Assembly (NCBI GenBank): GCA_963833985.1
Contig: CAWIAD010000002.1
Coordinates: 768,001-832,000 of the forward strand
Length of the DNA: 64,000 nucleotides
Origin: an uncultured Planctomycetaceae bacterium
GTDB lineage: Bacteria; Planctomycetota; Planctomycetia; Isosphaerales; Isosphaeraceae
Reading direction: 5' to 3'
Below the pieces are notes generated by a model. It was not told where the DNA came from and ran no database searches. It saw only the letters and a list, made by a program, of their open reading frames with translations. A program made the position numbers and the translations under genes. Of the stretch, positions 54,361 through 64,000 are shown in pieces. Positions within the stretch are counted from its first letter, which is position 1. Each line of letters starts with the position of its first letter.

Positions 54361-54789
54361 CTACGCTGACCCATGGGGCTCAGTGCCGGTGGAGAGTCTT
54401 TCATCCACCCGCTTGAATAATTCCTCGATTTCAGCGAGCAATGCCGGGCGGTCCAGGGCGCGGTCTTTTTCACCCACCGATTCGTACCGATATTGAACCG
54501 CGAATGGATAAAGGTCAACCAAGCTCAGAACGGCGGATATATCCTCCCCTGCTTCCTCCAAGGCCTGTATGAGCATCATGAGGTCATGTGTTCGACTATA
54601 CCTCATTCCAAGACTAGCAAGCCAGGCCTTGAGACTCTTCTCGGCGGCTTGCTGGGCGTGGAATCCAAAGATCGCGTCGGAGAAAAGCTACCGCACTACC
54701 GCCGCGTCGGGGCTAAGCATTCCACGTAAAGTGTTCAGATCGCCCTTTGCCATCTCGAGAAGAGATCGGGCATGGTCAAGGTCGCTCAT
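54361..54789 (-). pseudogene. HEPN domain protein with an in-frame TAG at 54688-54690
   Basis: MSDLDHARSLL...VVR*LFSDAIFGFHAQQAAEKSLKAWL...RTHDL...FAVQYRY, all in one frame. Confidence 0.82.
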
Positions 54790-55048
54790 AGAGCACGCGC
54801 CCTTCCTTGATGGCCTCGCTAACGACATGGTTCGTGGTGTCTTTCCAGCGATCGACCTCCTGAGGAGTAAAAAAAATGATATCGATTGGTATACCCAGAG
54901 GAGGGATGCTGCGCCGAAGCCGCCCGATTTCTTGTCGCCGGCTCCAGTCCGGGTAGGACGTTCGATCGCCGATAACCAGCAAATCAATATCGGAGGACTC
55001 ATCCGCGGTTCCGCGAGCCTGTGAACCAAATAGGATGACCCGTTCCAA

Positions 55049-57292
55049 CCTACTTTCCGCACATCTCCCTTTGATTTCCCCGAATTCGACCTGAGGCCAT
55101 CTTCTCAGACGCGGCCCCAGGGTCGGTAAACATCTACAAGTCGATCGGCACGGGGACCTTGTTCGGTTCAGATGGTTCGCCAACCGGACCGTTCCTGAAC
55201 TCGAGCCATTCTTCGCCTTGTCTTATGACTTGGCAATGTCCAGCCGCGCGCCGCGATTCTCGCCGCGACGACTTGTGACACGGGCTATGAGCGTAAGTTG
55301 AGCGGCTCACAACTTACGTCAAGGCAAATTGTCATAAGTGAATCACAAGATTTTTTGTCCTTGACGTCCCGATCTCCTCCGCCATCATTGCGGCAAGCCC
55401 TGCGGCGGTCGGCCTGCTCCCCTCACGGCCCTGGAAGGCCCGGCGGCGGACACCGGCCAACTCGCTGCAAACCCTCCGGAGATGATCCGCATGAACGAAC
55501 CTCAACGACCGCGCCAACCCGGCGAGACGGCCCGCTCGAAGGGACGCACGCGCACGCTCAACACGCGGCGGATTGCCGCCGTGCCCATCCTGGAACACTT
55601 CCTGAGTCGGCTCCGCCTTCGCGAGTTTCTCTGCGACCACCTGCCCCATGAGGACGGCCGCACTCGGGTCCCCACGGCCACGGCCTTGCTCGTCCTGCTG
55701 CGCAACCTGCTGATCTCGCGTGAGCCACTCTATGGTGTCGGTGAGTGGGTGGCCCGCCATGAGCCGAAACTGTTCGGGTTGTCCGATGTCCAAGTCGCCG
55801 CAATGAACGACGATCGAGTTGGCCGGGCCCTCGACCGTCTCTTCGACGCCAATCTCTCGGGGTTGGCCCTGAAGGTCGCGGCCCATGCCGTACGCGAATT
55901 CGACGTCAGCCTCGACCAGTTACACAACGACTCGACCACCATCACTTTCCACGGTGACTACGAGTCGGCGGAGGCGGAGCGAACCCTGCGGGGACAATTG
56001 CGGTTGGCGGTGACCTGGGGTCATAACAAAGACCACCGCCCCGACCTCAAGCAGCTACTCTACATCCTCACCGTGACCGGCGACGGTGCCGTCCCGGTGC
56101 ACTTTCGCGTCGAGAGCGGCAACGCCACCGACGACCGCTCTCACCAGGAGACCTGGGAGTTGCTCTGTCAACTGACCGGACGCCGAGACTTTCTCTACAT
56201 CGCCGACTGCAAGCTGGCCACCACCGAGAACATGGCCTATCTGCATCAGCGCGGCGGTCGGTTCCTCAGCGTGCTGCCGCGAACTCGCAGTGAGGACGGT
56301 GCCTTCCGCGGCGCCGTACTCCGGGGAGAGATCCAGTGGCGATGGACCCACGACAAGTACGACGACAAGGGACAGTTGACCGACCGCTTCTCGATCTGCA
56401 AACCTGCGAGCCAGACCACCGAGGGTTACCGGCTGATCTGGTATCACAGCACACGCAAGGCCGAGTTGGATGCGGAGGTACGGCTGACCCGGCTGGAGAA
56501 GGCGTTGAAACGACTGGACGAACTGCGTGCCAAGCTCGCCTCGTCCCGAACCCGGTACCGCAGTCGAGCCAAGGTCGCCGAGGCGGTCGAGGAGCTGCTC
56601 CGAGACTGTGAGGTCACCGAGTGGATCTCGGTCGAGATCGAGGAGCAGGTCACCGAAAAGTTCCGCCAGGAGCGACGCGGCCGGCCTGGACAGGACACGC
56701 GGTACGTCCGAGAGGAGAAGCTCCGTTACTCGTTGAAGCATCGGATTGAGTTGGAGCGACTGGATGAGGAGGCCCGCTGTGATGGCATTTTCCCGCTGGT
56801 GAGCAACGAATCGAAGATGACGGAGCAGGATCTGCTCTTGGCCTACAAACAGCAACCGGCCATCGAACGACGGTTCGAGCACCTGAAGACTGACTTCGTG
56901 GTAGCGCCTATGTACCTGAAGGAGGTGAGTCGGATTCAGGCCTTGCTCTGCGTGTACTTCTTCGTGTTGCTGGTCGAGGCGCTGTTGGAGCGAGAACTCC
57001 GCCGCGCGATGGAACGAGCGGGAATCGAGAGCCTGCCACTGTATTCCGAAGGTCGGGCCTGCCGACGCCCGACGGCTCGAAAAGTGATCGACCTGTACGA
57101 GGACGTTCAAGAGCATTCCCTGAAGGCTGGGAAACGCCCTCTTGAGGTGTTCAGCACAGAGTTAACTCGGCTCCAGAAGAGAATCCTGCGCCTGCTGGGG
57201 ATACCCAAAGCCTACGAGATTTGAGCCTGACTGGCCGAAAGAGGGCACACGGAAATTACGAGATAGTCAAGGCGAGATGTGCGGAAAGTAGG
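55049..57292 (+). mobile_element. IS1634-family insertion sequence (2244 bp)
   Basis: Terminal inverted repeats 24/26 identical (CCTACTTTCCGCACATCTC...). 6-bp target duplication TTCCAA at 55043-55048 and 57293-57298. Confidence 0.95.
55491..57224 (+). CDS. IS1634-family DDE transposase
   Basis: Motifs NDDRVGRALDRL, HNDSTT, WGHNKDHRPDLKQ, YIADCKL and YKQQPAIERRFEHLK. Confidence 0.93.
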   Translation: MNEPQRPRQPGETARSKGRTRTLNTRRIAAVPILEHFLSRLRLREFLCDHLPHEDGRTRVPTATALLVLLRNLLISREPLYGVGEWVARHEPKLFGLSDVQVAAMNDDRVGRALDRLFDANLSGLALKVAAHAVREFDVSLDQLHNDSTTITFHGDYESAEAERTLRGQLRLAVTWGHNKDHRPDLKQLLYILTVTGDGAVPVHFRVESGNATDDRSHQETWELLCQLTGRRDFLYIADCKLATTENMAYLHQRGGRFLSVLPRTRSEDGAFRGAVLRGEIQWRWTHDKYDDKGQLTDRFSICKPASQTTEGYRLIWYHSTRKAELDAEVRLTRLEKALKRLDELRAKLASSRTRYRSRAKVAEAVEELLRDCEVTEWISVEIEEQVTEKFRQERRGRPGQDTRYVREEKLRYSLKHRIELERLDEEARCDGIFPLVSNESKMTEQDLLLAYKQQPAIERRFEHLKTDFVVAPMYLKEVSRIQALLCVYFFVLLVEALLERELRRAMERAGIESLPLYSEGRACRRPTARKVIDLYEDVQEHSLKAGKRPLEVFSTELTRLQKRILRLLGIPKAYEI

Positions 57293-57446
57293 TTCCAAGC
57301 TAGCGGCTCGAGCAATTCTGGCTACGATCTCCTCGAGTTGGGCCTCTGTCACGGATGGCATGATCGAAACACCTCCGAGTTCCTGCTGTCCGCCCACTAA
57401 ATACACTTCTGCCCTGTCAGAAGTCAGCCGCCCCCATACTCCCATC

Positions 57447-58411
57447 TTACTCGATCTCTGCCTCCACCGGGTTCTCCAGCGTGCCGATCGGTGCGATCGT
57501 CGCACGCACCAGGTCGCCGGGTTTCAGGTAGGTCCCGGTGGCCGAGCCAACGCCCGAGGGCGTTCCCGTGGCGATGATGTCACCTGGCTCGAGCGTGACG
57601 AACTGGGAGAGAAACGCGATCACCGCCGCCACGGGGAAGATCATCTCGCCGGTCGATGCCTCTTGCTTGATCTGGCCGTTGAGTGTGAGCTTCAGCGGCA
57701 GGGCCTGCGGGTCGGCCACCGCGTCGGCAGAGAGCACGCAAGGGCCCATCGGGCAGAAGGTGTCGTGCCACTTACCGTGCATCCAGTCGAAGAACTTGTC
57801 ACGTTCGCGCGGCTTGCGCCGGCATTCGGTTTGAAGTTGCGGTCGCTGATGTCGTTGACGACCGTGTAGCCGGCCACGCAGCGCAGGGCTTCGGACTCGG
57901 GTACGTCCCGGCAATGACGGCCAATGATCACGCCTAGCTCGCATTCCCAGTCGATGTGGTCGGGCGAGACGCGGGGAATCACGATCGGGTCGCCCGGGTG
58001 CGTGAGCGTTGTGCTCGGAGGCTTCATGAACACGTACGGGAACGTCTCTTGCCGCTCGGCCGCCGTGCCCCCGCGTTCGGTCACGTGCCTGGCATAATTC
58101 CCGGCAAGGAACAGCATCTTGGACGGGCCGGCGATCGGCACCAGAAGCTGCACGTCCTCGACGGGCACCGTGAGCTCGTCGCGGGCGATCAGGTCCAGGC
58201 CGCTGACCCAGGCATCCAGATCGCAGGCCAGCTCGTAAGAGCAGCCATCCGGAGGAAGCAGGTCGAGCAGGTCCTCCGTCGACGGCAAGAGCAGCTCCAC
58301 GCCCGTATCGCGGCTGTACGCCTCGGCCGCCTGGTCGATGGGAATCACCACGTTGTCGCCGTAAAAGCCCGTGAGCACCATGTCGTCGAAGCTGAAACGG
58401 CAAAGACGCAT
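57447..58411 (-). CDS. fumarylacetoacetate hydrolase family protein; 1-nt frameshift near 57818
   Basis: Motifs GNY..H, FMKPP, DWECELGVIIG, NDISDR, GKWHDTFCPMGP and TLEPGDIIATGTPSGVG. Confidence 0.92.
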
Positions 58412-58451
58412 TCGCTGGCTCCTGATCCACATGACGAGACCGCCGGGACGC

Positions 58452-59885
<1,434 letters not shown>

Positions 59886-60236
59886 GGCTTCCTGGCTCCT
59901 TTACCCGATGAGGGCAAGAATACGTGCTGCACACCCAAGAACCTGAGACAACCGCGCCTGGTCCCATGCCTCTTGCCGCCTGTAAACCCACTTCGTTCCA
60001 CCATTCTACCTTCTCCCGAAACGAGGGGAGCTATCTGGTACGGAGCATTCCGGGAGTCAGGGGCGGTTATCGATGGAAGGACTCCAGCCTGGCTCGCAAG
60101 GCACCAGGCCGCGTTTCTGTTCGCGACTGCATGCCACGTGTCACCCTCGGCAACGTGCTGGTCAGCGCGTACCATCTCCATTAAATTCAATGACAGAGCG
60201 CAACAGCAGCGGAAGCAGACGTGAGGTCGCAAGTCC

Positions 60237-61076
60237 ATGAAAAGTCCGTTCCCAGGCATGGACCCTTATCTGGAGAGACATTGGGGTGATGTCCATCAGT
60301 CCGCGATCACCTATATCCGCGATTGGCTCCAGCCACGGCTACCTGGTGATCTGCGAGCGCGGACGCAAGAACGTGTCTTCATCGATATCCCTGATCCGTT
60401 GCGCGGCGACTATTACCCCGATGTTCGCGTCGTCGAGCGTCCCGGTAGACCACAGGCCACGGGCTCGGGGACGGTTGTGGCCGGGTCGCTCACAAGCACG
60501 GAACCTGGACTGGAAACGGAAAACGGCCCTGTCGCGCCGGCCGAGCCGCTCTTGATCCATCTCGACATCGAGCCGCTCACCGAAGGTTACGTCGAGATCA
60601 TTGACGTCAAGTCAGGGCACCGCGTGGTGACGACGATCGAGTTGCTCAACACCGCCAACAAGCGTCCCGGCCAGGGTCGGCGACTGTATTTGAAGAAACG
60701 GAAGGATCAACAGGCGGCCGGCGTCAATCTGGTCGAGATCGACCTCTTGCGTCGCGGGAAGTCTGTCCTGATGGTGGGAAGAGAACAGCTTCCACGGTCC
60801 GTCCGAACGCCTTATCAAGTCTGTGTCTGGCGAGGATCACGCCCCCACGTGGTAGAGGCTTACCCAGTACCACTTCGGGAACGGTTGCTGGTGATCTTGA
60901 TACCGCTTTGACCGGCCGACCCGGATGTGCCGCTTGACCTCCAGGCGATCGTGGAGCAATGCTACCGCAACGGTGGGTACGACGACATCGACTACAAGGC
61001 CGAACCCGACCCAGTACTGAAGACCGACGATGCGAAATGGGCTGACGCACTCTTACGTGAACAGGACCGGCGCTAA
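60237..61076 (+). pseudogene. DUF4058 family protein with an in-frame TGA at 60909-60911
   Basis: MKSPFPGMDPYLE, VTTIELL...NK, NLVEIDLLR.G; the frame continues past the TGA as PADPDVPLDLQAIVEQCY...IDY to TAA at 61076. Confidence 0.85.
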
Positions 61077-61206
61077 CGTCCGGTCCAAAGCTGGCCGGTC
61101 TGCCGTGCGCCTGAACGGAATCTCCTGCTAGCTTCTCCGACCAGGCGAAATGCTGACGGGCCGCGATCATTCTCGAGGACCCAGGGGTCGCGGACATCGC
61201 GCGAGG

Positions 61207-61617
61207 TCACTTCTTCGCTTGCTGTGATGGGGAGTTCTTCTCCAGCTCGGCCATGAGCGTTTTGAAGTCATCGCGGTTGCGGAGCGGGTCCAAGGCCGAC
61301 TCGATGCGGAGGAGGTTCCGGTTCCGGAATCCACTCGCAACGGCCCGCTGTAACCATTCCATCGCCTTGTTCCCCGCTTCCTCGCCCTCCGAGGCCCAAA
61401 CGCCCGAGCCTGGTCGACCCGCCAGATTGGCTAGCACCGCGTGTGCGCAAACGGTGTCAAACAAGTGCCTCCCCGATCGGGATATTAACGAGAACAGCTC
61501 GCCCACAGTGATCATGGAGACATGGAGCTGACCCCCATACTGAAGAAATCGGTTCTGAACACTTCGGTTGCCTTTGAGATAGGCCGAGCACATATCTGTG
61601 TCAAGAAGGAAGCTCAT
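61207..61617 (-). pseudogene. chimera: truncated PIN/VapC N-terminus fused in frame to a TPR-kinase-type C-terminal tail
   Basis: MSFLLDTDMCS...SMITVGEL (PIN start), then AHAVLA.LAGRPGSG...AMEWLQRAVASGFRN...LDPLRNRDDFKTLMAEL. Confidence 0.7.
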
Positions 61618-61940
61618 AACTCCGGCGGCCGCCTCTCCAGCTTGCGCCGAGCTCGGTTCCACTCGAGGAATCGATCCATCTCCTCTGCGTCCTCAGCCCA
61701 GGCACCAAATGCCCGGCGCAGCCCCTCGCCGGGGGAGAGGTCTTTGACGTCATTCCAGGCTGCCTCCCACCGGGCATGTGCCTCATCTGAGAGGAATATC
61801 GGCGGCGTTGGGAGGCTAGACCCCGGATCCGACTCAATCGTGACCGTTATGACCTGCCCATCGGGCAGGCCAGGTTCCCGATCAAGCTCGATGATCCTGC
61901 CGTGGATCACGCCTTTCAAGGTCGAGGGTGCGTTGGCCAT
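61614..61940 (-). CDS. putative antitoxin upstream of the PIN gene
   Basis: LKGVIHGRIIELDREPGLPDGQVITVTI...LRRAFGAWA; ATGA overlap with the PIN start. Confidence 0.7.
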   Translation of the reverse strand: MANAPSTLKGVIHGRIIELDREPGLPDGQVITVTIESDPGSSLPTPPIFLSDEAHARWEAAWNDVKDLSPGEGLRRAFGAWAEDAEEMDRFLEWNRARRKLERRPPEL

Positions 61941-62039
61941 GCGATGGCTCTCCGGGTCGATCTGGTCCATGAATTGCTCGCAATGGAAGCGTATCACGGC
62001 AGCCGGCCGATTGTCTCCCTTTCCCTGACCGGCCGGGCT

Positions 62040-62223
62040 TCGTCATGGATGCGCAATGGCTGTCGAACACGGCGCGGGCCCCGATGCGATCGGCAGTCTC
62101 GTGCATGGGTTGGTCCTTCGGTCAGGCTGTGCTTCCCTCCGAGAAGCGATTTTTCCGATTCGTGCGCCTCACCGCGGACGAAAACGATTCGTTTTTTCCT
62201 TCCATCGCTTGAATGAGCCATGC
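62040..62223 (-). pseudogene. remnant: 3' end of a second ECF sigma gene followed by a degraded downstream gene start
   Basis: Translates AWLIQAMEGKNE, compared with AWLINAIDGKNE at the end of the intact ECF gene; followed by MHETADRIGARAVFD at 62106. Confidence 0.5.
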
Positions 62224-62497
62224 AGAGACAGAGACAAATAACAGTCTATGAAAGAAAGGATCGCACCAGACATGTAAAATGCATAGAAGCAACCGCAGGC
62301 TGAGCTTGAAGTGGAACGGAAGTCGCTATGGGTAAATAGTTGCCTTCTCGATAGAATTGGTTTGATCCGTGAGAACCGGCTGCCAAGCCGCCTCGAAAAG
62401 AATAGCCCGGGTACTGGTCTGAGCCAAGGTACCGAGACGAAATCGACAAACCTGGATAGTATCCCTAAGGGTGTTATGGGTCAGTGCGAGGGTTGCC

Positions 62498-62737
62498 GTG
62501 CCGTACTTCGAGTTCGTATGGACAGACGAGATTGTGCAGCACCTGGCGGAGCACGGTGTGAACCAGCAAGAGTTTGAACAGGTCGTGTCAAACCCGGATC
62601 GAGTTGGCTTGAGCCGCTCCACAGGACGACCGTGTTGCTGGGGTGAGACCATGGAAGGACGACCGTTGTTTTGCGTCTACGAGTACCTGGACGACATGAC
62701 CATCATTCCCGTCACAGCCTATCGCGTCTTGGACTGA
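62498..62737 (+). CDS. BrnT/DUF4258-like small toxin-type protein
   Basis: FEFVW...HLAEHGV...EFEQV...G.T..GR.LFCVYE...IIPVTAY. Confidence 0.7.
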   Translation: MPYFEFVWTDEIVQHLAEHGVNQQEFEQVVSNPDRVGLSRSTGRPCCWGETMEGRPLFCVYEYLDDMTIIPVTAYRVLD

Positions 62738-62790
62738 GCCGCATCACCAAACACTCCCCGCGGCGGGGCTTGATCGCCGCACGGTGAACT

Positions 62791-63168
62791 TTGGGCAAGA
62801 CAAAGAACGTTCCGACATCCTTGCTAGAACAGTTACAACGGGATCGGGACAAGATCGCCGCTGAATTGCCTGAACTGTTCAAGCGCGGTCAGCTGCTCGA
62901 CGAGGCAGCGACGGAGAATTCGCTTTCTGGCCATCTGCGTAGAGCGATTCATCATAGCGGGCGGCCGTTGAAGAAGATTGCCGAGGAGGTCGGCCTCGAC
63001 GTGTTCATACTTTGCGACTTTCTCGAGGGCACCAGAACACTCAGGTCGGACGTGCTCGATCGGCTGGCCCAGGCCGTTGTTGCCACAATCCACCTGGAGC
63101 CAGCTTCGCCGCAATGGCGTGACTCGCCTCCAGCGGTGGAGGAAACGGAAAAGCCAGAGCGGCCATAA
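62791..63168 (+). CDS. XRE-like HTH protein (putative antitoxin/regulator)
   Basis: LRRAIHHSGRPLKKIAEEVGLDVFILCDFLEG.RTLRSDVLDRLA. Confidence 0.65.
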   Translation: MGKTKNVPTSLLEQLQRDRDKIAAELPELFKRGQLLDEAATENSLSGHLRRAIHHSGRPLKKIAEEVGLDVFILCDFLEGTRTLRSDVLDRLAQAVVATIHLEPASPQWRDSPPAVEETEKPERP

Positions 63169-63256
63169 TGGAGTCGGAAACGGGTGGACGATCGGAGTGG
63201 CGGCGGGCCTCTGCTGATCGTCCCGCGCCAAACTGCAGACCGTCAGCGCACGGAAC

Positions 63257-63811
63257 CTATTCGTTTTTTCCATCGATGGCGTTGATCAGCCAGGCACGGG
63301 CATAGGTCCAGTAGCGGCTTGCCGTGGCCCGCGAGATGCCAAGCGCCTCAGCCGCTTCCTGTTCCGATAGACCAGCGAAGTAGCGAAGCTTCACGAGTTC
63401 CGCTTTGAGCGGATCGACGGTCGAAAAGCGTTCCAGCGCCTCATCCAGGGCCAGCACCTCGTCTGGTTGGGACTCGACCACCGGACCCGCTTCGCTGAGT
63501 GGTACGCGTTGCCTGTCGCCTCCATGTCGCGCTCGACGGTGATGCCGGGCCCTGTCGATCAGGATCTGCCGCATGGCCTCGGCGGCGACGCGAAAGAAGT
63601 GGCGATGATCAGCGAAGGCTCGGTCGCCGACGAGTCGAAGGTATGCCTCGTGCACCAGGGCCGTGGCATCGAGCGAGTGATCGGGCCGTTCCCTGGCCAT
63701 CCTCGCCGCAGCCAGCTTGCGCAGCTCGTCGTAAACCAGCGGCAGGAGCTGTGCCGCGGTGTCTGGATCGCCCTGCTCGACAGCTTTCAAGAAGCGGGTG
63801 ACCTCGTGCAT
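63257..63811 (-). CDS. ECF-type RNA polymerase sigma factor (planctomycete type)
   Basis: LLPLVYDELRKLAA, ATALVHEAYLRL, AAEAMRQILIDRAR, LVKLRYFAGL and W.YARAWL. Confidence 0.93.
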   Translation of the reverse strand: MHEVTRFLKAVEQGDPDTAAQLLPLVYDELRKLAAARMARERPDHSLDATALVHEAYLRLVGDRAFADHRHFFRVAAEAMRQILIDRARHHRRARHGGDRQRVPLSEAGPVVESQPDEVLALDEALERFSTVDPLKAELVKLRYFAGLSEQEAAEALGISRATASRYWTYARAWLINAIDGKNE

Positions 63812-64000
63812 GAGGCCAATGATATTCGCTGGGGAGATGGCGGGCAAACAAGACAGTGGAGCTGTTCAGCAGCTTGCACCATGCCGGCAGCGCGGCGCGA
63901 ATCCAGGTGTTCAGCTCGCGGGCTCGATCTGCCCCAGCTTTCGCACGTCGCCCTCGCGCCGGGTGAGGCCAATGCGGTCAAGGTACTCGCCAATGGGCAT

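Larger units (their letters stand above)
54776..57361 (-). pseudogene. MNT (minimal nucleotidyltransferase) gene interrupted by an IS1634-family element
   Basis: Rejoined frame reads MPSVTEAQLEEIVARIARAAS|LERVILFGSQARGTADESSDIDLLVI...EGRVLYERP. GGAGG RBS upstream of 57361. Confidence 0.9.

Overview
GC-rich bacterial chromosomal segment, most likely from a planctomycete (inferred from the DUF1559 prepilin protein, DUF4058, planctomycete-type ECF sigma factor and TPR/RNAP-alphaCTD protein). The backbone is housekeeping and metabolic: lysA, argH, argG, aspartokinase, hemA/ccsA-like/sirC-like, ugd, tgt-yajC-secDF, birA-pyc, selA and sodC. The best candidate for an undescribed system is a tight three-gene operon at 6259-11879: a DUF559-type endonuclease, a winged-helix-like protein, and a 1099-aa protein with an N-terminal AAA+-like ATPase and a C-terminal HerA/FtsK-type ATPase. 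This layout suggests a DNA-targeting defence or conflict system. An HUH/Y1 (RAYT-like) transposase is bordered by two copies of a multi-hairpin repeat, and a third dispersed copy shows compensatory base changes. Two IS elements with clear ends sit inside toxin-antitoxin-type genes: an IS701-family element in a zeta-toxin-like ATPase and an IS1634-family element in an MNT gene. The right end holds a decayed ECF-sigma/kinase locus overlaid by TA modules. Nine genes carry 1-2 nt frameshifts that look like sequencing errors. All family assignments come from motif recognition only; no database searches were run.
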